DNA of 32,000 nucleotides from Trichodesmium erythraeum IMS101 (GCF_000014265.1 NC_008312.1:2820001-2852000); one strand, 5' to 3'. Numbered from the stretch's first letter, positions 7,840-17,550 are shown. The notes: generated by a model from the sequence alone, not told the origin. Numbers and translations: made by a program.

Positions 7840-7950
7840 TTTTTTGACTTCTTGAAGAAAATAAAACTGATATTTTAAACTTGTTTTTCCGAAGCATTTA
7901 GCACTTGAATACCAACTGTTTTTTTTTAGGAAAAATTCATCAAAATATTT

Positions 7951-8604
7951 ATGCACAATAATATTCAACAAAATTTAAATTCTTTAAGAGTATTAACAAT
8001 TGCTTTCCTATCTTTCTTAGGAAGCCAAATGCTAAATACTGCCAAGGCAGAGCAATGGACTCCAGGAATTAAAAGCACAAATGAGATATTAATTGCTCAA
8101 CAAAAACAAGTTTGTAAACTGCAGTCTTCACCAGAAGATAACCGTCAGGGTGTAAGTTTCCGAAATCAACCAGTTGGAGGTCAAAGTATTGCTTTTTTTA
8201 ATAATGGTACTTCTGTAACAGTCATCAATAGGACTAATGACGGACAATGGACCCAAGTGATAGCACCAAATAATATTCAAGGTTGGGTATATAGTCTCTA
8301 CCTGCAAAATTGCAATACACTCTCTGCTTCGCAACTACCCAATACAGGGAATACCACAGGTGGAGTACCTATAGGAACAATGTGTCAAGTTACAGGTTGG
8401 CCTAACTCCCCCAATATTCCAGTTCAAGACTTTCCCAATGCTCGAAGTAAACCTATGCCCTACCTTTTTAATAAGGGTACTCAACTACAAGTTTCACAAC
8501 CACCAGCAGGGCAACAGTCTCAAAGAAAGTGGGTTTACGTTAGATCTATGGCTAATTCTCAACAAGTAGGCTGGGTATGGAAGAATTATATTCAATGTAA
8601 TTAG
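7951..8604 (+). CDS. Secreted protein with two SH3b-like modules
   Basis: N-terminal hydrophobic signal-like segment (LRVLTIAFLSFLGSQMLNTAKA). Two modules end in GWVYSLYLQNC and GWVWKNYIQC, each preceded by a Cys. Confidence 0.55.
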   Translation: MHNNIQQNLNSLRVLTIAFLSFLGSQMLNTAKAEQWTPGIKSTNEILIAQQKQVCKLQSSPEDNRQGVSFRNQPVGGQSIAFFNNGTSVTVINRTNDGQWTQVIAPNNIQGWVYSLYLQNCNTLSASQLPNTGNTTGGVPIGTMCQVTGWPNSPNIPVQDFPNARSKPMPYLFNKGTQLQVSQPPAGQQSQRKWVYVRSMANSQQVGWVWKNYIQCN

Positions 8605-8613
8605 ATATTCAAG

Positions 8614-8634
8614 GGAGTCAGGAGTCAGAAGGGA
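8614..8634. repeat. Short heptamer repeat GGAGTCA GGAGTCA GAAGGGA
   Basis: Read directly, just 3' of the SH3 gene. Confidence 0.5.
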
Positions 8635-9171
8635 AAATTAATGAAGGTTTTTTTCATCTTCTATAACTTCTACTGAATCGTTTCATGTTATAATATCGAG
8701 CTAAAAAATTAGCGATGTTTATACTTAACTATTGTTTCCTACTGCAAAGTTTTGCTGTTTATATCCCAGAGAAAAACATAACATAATAACAAATATAACT
8801 TACAATTTTAGCTGAAACAATCAACTACTAGATTGATATAGTTAAAACTGTAAGTTTAATTTTTTCCTATAATTCTTATTACAGCAAAGAGAGAAGTTGA
8901 ACCACTTTTGAATAAATATGCTATTCAAAATAACATTACAAATTAACATTATAGGAATAACAGTCTACTACAATAATCAACCCTCAAATATAGTCCATAC
9001 TGCGAATTTAACCTGAATCTCATTTTGTGCCTTTGACCTTCTAAAAATACTTCCCATTTTCTTTAATTATCAAAAACCTTGCCCCCAGTGCTAAATAAAC
9101 CATAGAATTAAAGATTATTACAAATTTGAGGTTGTGCCATATAGGCCATTTTCTGATGGGAGAACAACATT

Positions 9172-10107
9172 ATGACTCATAGTCCAATAATATTAGGTGT
9201 TGTAGGTGATAGCGCTGCGGGTAAAACTACCTTAACTAGAGGAGTGGCTCAAGTCTTAGGGCCAGAAAACGTTACAGTTATCTGTACAGACGACTACCAT
9301 CGCTATGATCGAAAACAACGAGCTGAAATAGGCATTACTGCCCTCCACCCAGACTGTAACCATCTTGATATAATTCAGCAACATCTAAGCTTGCTGAGTA
9401 CCGGACAACCAATTCTCAAACCTATTTATAATCACTCAACCGGAAAATTTGACCCTCCAGAATATATTAAACCTAAAAAATTCGTTATTGTTGAGGGACT
9501 ATTGGGTTATTCGACTAGGGGGGCAAGAGACTGTTACCACGTGAAAGTCTACTTAGCCCCTCCAGAAAAACTTAGGGCAAAATGGAAAGTAAAACGGGAT
9601 ACGATGAAAAGGGGCTACACTGAGGCAGAAGTCCTGAAACAAATGGAAAAGCGGGAAGCAGACTCAGACGCATTTATCCGTCCTCAACGCAAGTGGGCAG
9701 ATGTAGTTGTTAGCTTCTATCCCTATTCTAGTGATATAAATAGTTCTCAACTTAATGTCCGTTTGTTGCTTAGACCAACTATTCCCCACCCAGATTTTTT
9801 AGAAATTCTCGATCAAGGTAGTCCTAGTTTTCAACCTGCAGTCCGTTTGGGTTTAGACCGAGATATGGGTAAACCAGTAGATGTATTGGAAATTGACAGT
9901 AATGCTACTAAGGCACAGGTAAATGAGTTAGAGATAATTCTCTGCAAGGAAATGCCCCACTTAAAAGATTTCTGCTCCCTGGAAACACATCCAGATATAG
10001 GTAAGCTAGTTGGTACAACTGGGGAGTTGCTTCAGAGTTATCCTCTAGCTTTGACTCAATTACTTATTTCTTATCACATGATCAAGGCAACTAATATTTA
10101 TCTGTAG
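9172..10107 (+). CDS. Phosphoribulokinase/uridine kinase family P-loop kinase (PRK-like paralog)
   Basis: P-loop GVVGDSAAGKTT. The segments VICTDDYHRYDRKQR and KPIYNHSTGKFDPPE match my recollection of cyanobacterial PRK. 311 aa. Confidence 0.7.
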   Translation: MTHSPIILGVVGDSAAGKTTLTRGVAQVLGPENVTVICTDDYHRYDRKQRAEIGITALHPDCNHLDIIQQHLSLLSTGQPILKPIYNHSTGKFDPPEYIKPKKFVIVEGLLGYSTRGARDCYHVKVYLAPPEKLRAKWKVKRDTMKRGYTEAEVLKQMEKREADSDAFIRPQRKWADVVVSFYPYSSDINSSQLNVRLLLRPTIPHPDFLEILDQGSPSFQPAVRLGLDRDMGKPVDVLEIDSNATKAQVNELEIILCKEMPHLKDFCSLETHPDIGKLVGTTGELLQSYPLALTQLLISYHMIKATNIYL

Positions 10108-10240
10108 AATTATTATAGAAGTTTTAAGTACGAAACAGGGGTTAAAATTTCTGGCTTTTGTGAGGGGTAAAACGTCACTAAAACTTAACATATAATAGAT
10201 GGCTAATATCAGTTATTCAGTAAATTTTGAAGTATAAATT

Positions 10241-10828
10241 ATGGTAAATAAAATTTCTGCTGAAGAATTTTTTGATAGTTGGTCTGTCAAGTATGATGAT
10301 CTGTTCAAAGATCCTAAGTATTATGTGCGTTACCTCAATGAAGCAGCTAAAATATTCCATCAATATAATTACTATCAAGGTAGTATTTTGGATATTGGTT
10401 GTGGTACAGGTTTTCTGAGTGAATTATTACAGGGAAATTTTGAATATACAGGAATTGATATTTCTAGTAAAATCCTAGATTATGCAGCTAAAAGAGGATA
10501 CAAAACTATCCACAAATCCATTGAAACAGCTTTGTCTGAAATTGATACTCAATCCTACGATTTTGTTTTTTGTCTGGGAGCATTATTATTTGTTGAAGAT
10601 GCTCAAAAAGCTATAGAGCATATTTATCGAATTGCTCGTAAAGCTATTTTAATAAGTCTTGATGAGACAACCGAGGAATATATCAAAAATTTGGCTGTGC
10701 CAGTTTATGACCATTCAAAAATTACAATTAAAAATGCCATTGAAGATTATTTGATTATAGGTTGGACTTCTCCAACTACGGGAATTCCTATCCGAACTCG
10801 CATGATTTATATTCAGCAAAAAAACTAA
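10241..10828 (+). CDS. Class I SAM-dependent methyltransferase, tandem copy 1
   Basis: Motif I ILDIGCGTGFLS. 195 aa. Paralog of the next gene, offset by 679 nt. Confidence 0.75.
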   Translation: MVNKISAEEFFDSWSVKYDDLFKDPKYYVRYLNEAAKIFHQYNYYQGSILDIGCGTGFLSELLQGNFEYTGIDISSKILDYAAKRGYKTIHKSIETALSEIDTQSYDFVFCLGALLFVEDAQKAIEHIYRIARKAILISLDETTEEYIKNLAVPVYDHSKITIKNAIEDYLIIGWTSPTTGIPIRTRMIYIQQKN

Positions 10829-10919
10829 GATAATGGTTGACTAAGATTTAATATTTAATGTTGCCTATTGATCGTATTACATGGAAGAGTAAACATAAGT
10901 AAATCTTGAACTATAAATT

Positions 10920-11507
10920 ATGGTAAATAAAATTTCTGCTGAAGAATTTTATGATGATTTTGCTCCTAACTATGATGATGTATTAAAAGACCCCAAGTGT
11001 AATGCACAGCACGTCTATGAGGCAGCTAAAATATTTCATCAATATAATTACCATCAAGGTAGTATTTTAGATATAGGTTGTGGAACAGGCTTTCTAAGTG
11101 AATTATTAGAGGGAAATTTTGAATATACAGGTATTGATGTTTCGGCTAATATGCTGGAATATTCAGCTAAAAGAGGTTATCAAACTATCCATAAACCAAT
11201 AGAAACGGCTTTACCTAAAATTGATACTCAATCCTACGATTTTGTTTTTTGTCTGGGAGCATTATTATTTGTTGAAGATGCTCAAAAAGCTATAGAGCAT
11301 ATTTATCGAATTGCTCGTAAAGCTATTTTAATAAGTCTTGATGAGACAACCGAGGAATATATCAAAAATTTTGCTGTGCTAGTTTATGACCATTCAAAAA
11401 TTACAATTAAAAATGCCATTGAAGATTATTTGATTATAGGTTGGACTTCTACAACTACAGGTATTTCTATCCGAACTCGTATGATTTATATTGAACAAAA
11501 AAATTAA
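10920..11507 (+). CDS. Class I SAM-dependent methyltransferase, tandem copy 2
   Basis: Same length and motifs as copy 1. The 3' half is nearly identical at nucleotide level. Confidence 0.75.
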   Translation: MVNKISAEEFYDDFAPNYDDVLKDPKCNAQHVYEAAKIFHQYNYHQGSILDIGCGTGFLSELLEGNFEYTGIDVSANMLEYSAKRGYQTIHKPIETALPKIDTQSYDFVFCLGALLFVEDAQKAIEHIYRIARKAILISLDETTEEYIKNFAVLVYDHSKITIKNAIEDYLIIGWTSTTTGISIRTRMIYIEQKN

Positions 11508-11602
11508 GGTAACTGTAAATTAGTAGTGATGATTTCTAGTTGATATCCTAAGAGTGAGAAAGGTATACTGAAAGCATCACTACTTCTAAAAATTGTCTTT
11601 TG

Positions 11603-11749
11603 TTAAAAAACAAAAGGTAATATTGAAGTCGGGGCGGGTATCATTTCAGGACCCCGCATGTCTAATAGTTGTACAATAATTAGATAGGCGATCGCCAAGG
11701 CAATAGAAATAGCTCCAGTAATAATAGCCACAATTTTTCCACGATCCAT
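11603..11749 (-). CDS. Small (48 aa) single-pass membrane protein; absent from the ORF track because it is under 60 aa
   Basis: ATG at 11749-11747 lies 9 nt downstream of AGGAG (complement of 11759-11763). Translation is MDRGKIVAIITGAISIALAIAYLIIVQLLDMRGPEMIPAPTSILPFVF with one clear TM helix. TAA stop at 11605-11603. Confidence 0.45.
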   Translation of the reverse strand: MDRGKIVAIITGAISIALAIAYLIIVQLLDMRGPEMIPAPTSILPFVF

Positions 11750-11973
11750 TATCTTTTACTCCTAAAATTATATAATAAGCAAAAAAAAAATTAGCTTTTT
11801 GCAGGAGGGTATACCCCCTTAATGAACCTATCCAACTTCAATTGAAACCCTTATATTTAGGTAATATAAAAATCGTGAAATCTCCAAAAATCATCCTTTT
11901 TGGGATAGACTCATCTGTTGGTTTGCACTAGGGCTTAACCTAACTTAAAATATTATAACTTTATTAATTAATA

Positions 11974-12008
11974 TTTTTAACTTTTGATTCTTAATTTTTA
12001 ACTTCTGT
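11974..12008. repeat. Heptameric STRR-like tract 3' of rluD
   Basis: TTTTTAA CTTTTGA TTCTTAA TTTTTAA CTTCTGT. This is the complement of the AAAAGTT type. Confidence 0.55.
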
Positions 12009-12017
12009 CTCAGGCTA

Positions 12018-12968
12018 CTAACTTAACCCAAAACGTTTACGTAAAACCTCCACCAAAGTCAGAAAATCTTCTGGTAAAGGAGCGATCGCTTCTACCAACT
12101 CCCCAGAAACCGGATGTTGTAACTCTAGTCGCCAAGCATGGAGAACTTGACCAGTTAAATTCACCCCCACCGAACGACCCTTACCATAAATAGTATCACC
12201 CACGATAGGATATCCTACTTGAGCACTATGAACCCGAATTTGATGAGTCCGTCCAGTCTCCAAGCGAAACAATATCATGGAAAAATTTCCCAAACGTTCC
12301 TTAACTTCCCAGTGAGTAACAGCAATTTTTCCACCTCTCTCAACTGGTGTCACCGCCATTTTTTTGCGGTCTACCCGATGACGACCGATAGGTAAATTTA
12401 TTATACCACTGTCAGTTTTGGGACTACCATAAACAACTCCTAAATATTCTCGCCTTGCCGTTTTTGCCTGTAACTGAGCCTGCAAATGTTGATAAGCGTG
12501 GTCTGTTTTTGCCACCATTATCGCGCCTGTGGTATCTTTATCCAACCGATGCACAATGCCCGGTCGTTGAACTCCCCCAATACCTGCCAAAGAGTCACAA
12601 TGAGCTAAAAGTGCATTCACTAAAGTACCTTCTGAATGTCCGGGAGCAGGATGTACGACTAAACCTGCTGGTTTGTTGATAATTAATAAAGCATCATCTT
12701 CATAGAGAATATCTAAAGGAATATCATTAGCTTCTATTGCCAAAGGTATTGGTGGTGGAATAACTAAAATAATCTTATCCCCTTGGTGTACTATTGCTTT
12801 TTTAGAAGTGCAGAGTTGGTCATTTACTTTCACATTGCCTTGGGATATTAACTTTTGAATATGCGATCGCGATAACTCTAGCATTTGTTGAGACAGCCAA
12901 ATATCTAAACGTTGAGTTATTTCATACTCACTATTCACTTCTAAAATAATTGGACTTTCATCACTCAT
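12018..12968 (-). CDS. rluD: RluA-family 23S rRNA pseudouridine synthase (RluD-like)
   Basis: N-terminal S4-like domain (RLDIWLSQ..VKVN), catalytic motif HRLDKDTTG, and GRTHQIRVH. Confidence 0.85.
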   Translation of the reverse strand: MSDESPIILEVNSEYEITQRLDIWLSQQMLELSRSHIQKLISQGNVKVNDQLCTSKKAIVHQGDKIILVIPPPIPLAIEANDIPLDILYEDDALLIINKPAGLVVHPAPGHSEGTLVNALLAHCDSLAGIGGVQRPGIVHRLDKDTTGAIMVAKTDHAYQHLQAQLQAKTARREYLGVVYGSPKTDSGIINLPIGRHRVDRKKMAVTPVERGGKIAVTHWEVKERLGNFSMILFRLETGRTHQIRVHSAQVGYPIVGDTIYGKGRSVGVNLTGQVLHAWRLELQHPVSGELVEAIAPLPEDFLTLVEVLRKRFGLS

Positions 12969-13029
12969 AATTTTTGATATTGCTTCTTGAGACTAATATA
13001 AAACGTCATAATAAATAACATTTTCCAGT

Positions 13030-14250
13030 TTACTTCCTGCTTAAACTTAGACTGTGGGCAGCTACTCATCCACAAGCTAAGTCCTCAGCTTTAATGGCAT
13101 ATCTTTAACATGACCACAACTACTTCAAGATGGGTGAAGATGGAAAAATATATCTACTACTACATGATCATAACTACACAACTGAGTCTTATACTGAAGT
13201 TGTTTCCTAAATTTCTAAAATCATTGCTCTGCAGCTGATACTCTTACTGAGGATGGGTTATGCTCAGCTCACATTTAAATCTTCATTGACTTTAGTGCCG
13301 TGGTTTTTGCCTAGGTCAGTTGTCAATTTATGAAGTAGGTTTTTACGAATATTTCCCTGCGCGATATGAAAAGCTATCTTTCTGTGTATCTTGGCAATTT
13401 TAAGTTGTGCTTTTTGCAAATTAGCTGAACCAATAACTTAATTCCATTTTAGAGATTTTAATTTGGAAAGCTTGACTTCAAACTTACGTTATGAGTTCCC
13501 ACTTTCAACAACTTTCCCATTACTTAAAAATTCCTAATTTTTTAATACCTAAGTCTACACCTACAACTTCAGTAGTTTTTTTCTATTGGTATAAAAGTAA
13601 GTTTATAGCTGCAGCTTAAGTACGAATAATTTGCCTGTTTACTAACAGTTATTTTTTGAGTAGTTACCTCAATCTTAGGATTGATCAGTTTTTTCCAAAC
13701 CAATAAAAGGTAATAGATAATTCTAAGTATTAAGTTCTATTGGTTTTTCACAATTATCAATTGTATTTACTCCCTATTTTCCTGGAAAAGAATCCAAGCT
13801 AGCTTTCTTTTTAAACCATTGAGTTTCAATGCATAAATTTATTTAAATAGCAAATTGAATATAATAAATATTAGCAAATTCAACTATTCTAACTCGTTTT
13901 ATTTGGTTGAGTTGATAGTAGTTAAAATCATAAGTTACTTTGAATTTTCAGGTAACTATATTTTTATTTTCTGAAAAAGTAATTGCTTTTCTGTGCTCTG
14001 ATAATTTCCCACCATAAGTTTTAGATTTTATGGCACAACAATGATTTTTAAATTTTTGATTTTACCCTTAACTTTTTGTTGCAGTTATCGTAAATAAAAT
14101 CTAGATATTTTAGACAACACCCTCTTCACAGCAGATTATCCAGACATTAAATTTAGTTTACTAGCAAATTTAAACTCTTTAGCTAATCAATACCATGTTT
14201 CTTAAGATCATATTTACAGACAAAATTATATTATTGTCCATTCAATATCA
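13030..14250 (-). pseudogene. Heavily degraded IS200/IS605-family TnpB (IS1341-type OrfB) relic
   Basis: Minus-strand translation across frames gives LPFIGL, then PKIEVTTQKITVSKQANY, then VGVDLGIKK (nt 13541-13564, RuvC-I). It continues SNGKVVES, then ANLQKAQLKIAKIHRKIAFHIAQGNIRKNLLHKLTTDLGKNHGTKVNEDLNVS (nt 13267-13290, RuvC-II). An FPSSPI.. zinc-finger remnant follows. There are many stops and at least one frameshift. Outer boundaries are approximate. Confidence 0.7.
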
Positions 14251-14593
14251 TAAACACTTGTTGTGAATAAACTTAGATATCTGAATAGCTTTATTTATTG
14301 CTTTATATTGCTGAGATTTAACTTGAACTTTAAACTCGTAAATTATCACCCTGGGTTGACCTATTTTTTTATATTTATTATATATATAATAGCATAATTA
14401 ACTAAGAAAATGTCAAGGGAAAATAAGATATTTTTACAGTAAATCTTTCGCTTTTCATCCAATTTTTTTTTACCTGCTTTTCCAGCTCTCGTTCCCATTC
14501 AATAAAAATTGTTTCTGAAATTATTACCTGATCTAATTCATATTTTAGTATAAGATAACTAAATATAAAATACATTTCTACTGAATTTAGATA

Positions 14594-15112
14594 ATGAAAC
14601 ACACTCTTTCTGTATTAGTTGAAGACGAAGCGGGAGTTTTAACCCGTATTGCTGGTTTATTTGCCCGTCGTGGCTTTAATATTGAAAGCCTAGCAGTTGG
14701 GCCAGCAGAACAAACCGGTGTGTCTCGAATTACAATGGTAGTACCTGGGGATAATGGAATTATTGAACAGTTAACCAAGCAACTATATAAGTTGGTTAAT
14801 GTTTTGAAAGTACACGATATTACAGCTGCTCCCTGTGTAGAACGAGAATTAATGTTACTCAAGATTAATGCTACTACAAGTATGCGCTCAGAAGTGATAG
14901 AGATCGCAACTATTTTTCGGGCGCGAGTAGTAGACGTAGGAGAGGACTCATTAACTATTGAAGTAGTGGGAGACCCAGGAAAAATGGTAGCTATTGTCCA
15001 AATGCTTTCTAAATACGGTATTCGTGAAATTGCGAGAACAGGAAAAATAGCTTTAACTCGTGAGTCTGGTGTTAATACTGAATTTCTTAAACTTCAAACT
15101 TCAGAGGTATAA
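14594..15112 (+). CDS. ilvN: Acetolactate synthase small (regulatory) subunit
   Basis: ACT-domain N-terminus [33 protein letters not shown]. 172 aa. Confidence 0.9.
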   Translation: MKHTLSVLVEDEAGVLTRIAGLFARRGFNIESLAVGPAEQTGVSRITMVVPGDNGIIEQLTKQLYKLVNVLKVHDITAAPCVERELMLLKINATTSMRSEVIEIATIFRARVVDVGEDSLTIEVVGDPGKMVAIVQMLSKYGIREIARTGKIALTRESGVNTEFLKLQTSEV

Positions 15113-15147
15113 ATTAGCAAAAAGTTAATTATGTAGAATAAGAAATA

Positions 15148-16260
15148 TAGCAATCCTAAGTAGGTTGCGGCAAAATTTCATACTGAAAAAGTTTTGGGAA
15201 ATTGAATATTTGACCATCCGCAAAAAACTTAAATAGCCACTTAACTACTTTAAAAGAACTGCAAAGATGATAAAAAGTAATACTGAAATTTTTGGTTTGT
15301 AACCAAATATCTTCAACAGGATTTTGCTCCGGAGCATTGGGAGCAAATCTTGTACAATTTATCAACAATTCTTCTTCTGATAAGTATTGATTAATTGTCA
15401 TTAAATATTCTCGAAATTCTTGAGAGTTATGGTAAGTTGCCCCATCCCAAAATATTGCCAATTTGTTGCCCGGTCTTTGCTTCTGCAAATATTTAATAAA
15501 TTCAATAGTATTTTTAGTATTTCCACTCTCATATTCTTGCACAAGAAATTCCTTGGTTTTATAGTCTAAAGCTCCATAATAAGTCTGTCTTTCTTTTTCA
15601 TTTTTAATTGCAATTTCTATTCTTTCATCTGTTTTTCCCCAAGCATAACCTAATATGTCTCCCCATAGAAGATGACATTCATCAATCATAAACACTGTAA
15701 GCTTTCCAGTTTCTATTTCTGGTTGCCATTTAGCTAAAAATTCCTGTATTTCTTTTCTTTTAACTTCTACTAATTAATCATTTTTAGCAGGATTCTTTTT
15801 TTGAGTTTTTTTCCAACTTATGCCCGCTTCTTTAAACAAGTTATAGTAACTTTGATTAGACTCAAAAACCACATCATATTGCTCCTGTAAGTAGTTTTTT
15901 AAATCTGATAACCTAAGATAATCTTGTGCTCTCAACCACTCAATTGTTTTCTCTTTTTCGACCGTTTTTAAGTAACCTTGTCTCCCTTGATACTGAAGCC
16001 TTAAACTTTCTACACCATGAAATAATGCTTGGTTTTTCCATTCACTAATAAAACTGTGAGAAACATTTAATAATTCTTTGACTTCATGGTAGGATTTTCC
16101 TGACAAGGTCATTTTTACGGCCAAGGCCCTTTTAATTTCTTTAGACTCTTTTGTTTGATTAATAAAATCATTTAGTTTATCTATAATATTCATTTTTTGT
16201 CTTTTTCTTAGATCTGTTATTCTTACTATTATATCTGTTGCGACCAATATGGGATTGCTA
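15148..16260 (-). mobile_element. IS630-family insertion sequence (1113 bp) with terminal inverted repeats and flanking TA
   Basis: Left end is TAGCAATCCTAAGTAGGTTGCGGCA. The reverse complement of the right end is TAGCAATCCCATATTGGTCGCAACA. The outer 9 bp are identical and the repeat is imperfect further in. TA dinucleotides sit at 15146-15147 and 16261-16262. Confidence 0.8.
15156..16247 (-). pseudogene. IS630-family DDE transposase interrupted by a single in-frame TAA (15774-15776)
   Basis: The HTH part (15774-16247) and the DDE part (IDECH .. FWDGATYHNS .. NPVEDIW) are in the same frame, since 15774-15156 = 618 = 3 x 206. The junction reads NPAKND*LVEVKRKEIQEFLAKWQPEIETGKLTVFMIDECH. Confidence 0.8.
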
Positions 16261-16539
16261 TAGTAATTTAAACTTTTGTCTAAATTGAAGTCTTACCATT
16301 GTACTTTCTAACAACTTTATTTATTTAAATTGCTAATTATCTAAGTTAAATTTTTAGCTAAGTTATCCTCAGTTAAATTTATTAAATTAGTCAATTACTC
16401 CTTGGTTTAGTATTAGGTAATTAGGAGTATTTTTTGATATTTATCGAAAGATTAAGTTTACCTTGTCCGCCCATCGGGCAACTTTTTATTTGTTTGTTTT
16501 GAATATATATCTTGTCATTTTATTCATTAATTAGTTGTG

Positions 16540-16856
16540 GGGGAACAGCCCAAGACAAAAAACGGACAGACTAGACCAGGGTAACTTACCCTATTCCGCT
16601 TTCGTCCCATTTTGGGAACAGAGTAAAAGGTTCGGAACTTTGGCTCAGTAGAAGTCCCCCCGTACCTAAAACCCAGAGAAGATATTAATTCCCAAATATA
16701 AATTACTACCAAAAAGTCCAAGAAGTAAGTTAAAAACACCCAGGAGTGACAGTTGAATTCTGGGCAACGGATAAACATCCCTTAGGGTTAAAGCCTATAT
16801 CTAGAAGAAGAGTTTGGGCTCAGTTCGGAGAACAAGCGATCGCCTTCAAAAACTAA
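16540..16856 (+). pseudogene. Fragment of a second, different IS630-type transposase
   Basis: Nt 16755-16856 translate to EFWATDKHPLGLKPISRRRVWAQFGEQAIAFKN*. This matches the W.DE.R.GL.P..RR.WA..G motif at the start of IS630 DDE domains. Upstream frames are broken. Confidence 0.5.
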
Positions 16857-16931
16857 TCATAATTGTCTTTATTCCTCTAGTCTATTTCTAATTTTTATAC
16901 ATTTATTTTCATCAAATTCAACTAATAAAGT

Positions 16932-17550
16932 TTAATTGTTTAGAAAAGCTGTATCAGGAAAGTTTTGAAATATCCAGCTATTTAGTGGCTTCTCTAGGAG
17001 AGTTTCTAATAAAGACTTAATTCGCCTCCCCCCAAGCATTAAGTTCCTTTTTTCTTTCATACGAATTGATAAAACATCTAAAATAGAGGGTTGAAATTCA
17101 ATTATTAAATTATATTTTTCTTTCGTTAGTTCAATGTATTGTTGCAAAAAATTCTGTCCAATTGCGATGACAAATTCCAAGGGAAGTAAATCAAAAACAA
17201 CAATATTATCCCCAAGTCTTCCCAGTAATTCTGTTCTGCCTATATAATTACTAAAATACCATCTAACTTCAGTATCAAAATGACGTTATATCTCTGAATA
17301 ATCAGGAATATTACCTTCACTAAATGACTCCATAATACCACTACAAATTGTTTATCCTGTGTGATTATTAGTTAAATCTGATGCTCCAATATTGCTAGTA
17401 AAAATAATTACAGTTTGTTTAGTAATTTATTTAGATATTTAAACTACAATTAGACCTTTGGCTTCAGTCTTGGTTATTATTAAATCGTAGTCAATGTGAG
17501 CAAAAATTGCTCTGTCTATCTTCTGCTTTTGCACCAATTTCTATAATAAA
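16932..17550 (-). pseudogene. 5'-truncated AAA+ (Clp/Hsp100 D2-like) ATPase remnant with four in-frame TAA stops
   Basis: A single frame reads ..KQTVIIFTSNIGASDLTNNHTG*TICSGIMESFSEGNIPDYSEI*RHFDTEVRWYFSNYIGRTELLGRLGDNIVVFDLLPLEFVIAIGQNF..GGRRIKSLLETLLEKPL. No Walker A region is present upstream. Confidence 0.55.

Noticed and set aside
14402-14862. Minus-strand ORFs 14402-14602 and 14587-14862.
   Set aside because: The first lies in AT-rich promoter DNA upstream of ilvN and has an implausible composition. The second is antisense to the well-supported ilvN gene.
16527-16778. An 83-aa minus-strand ORF.
   Set aside because: It has no recognisable motif. The opposite strand shows an IS630-type transposase remnant (EFWATDKHPLGLKPISRR..), so the region is better explained as decayed IS DNA.
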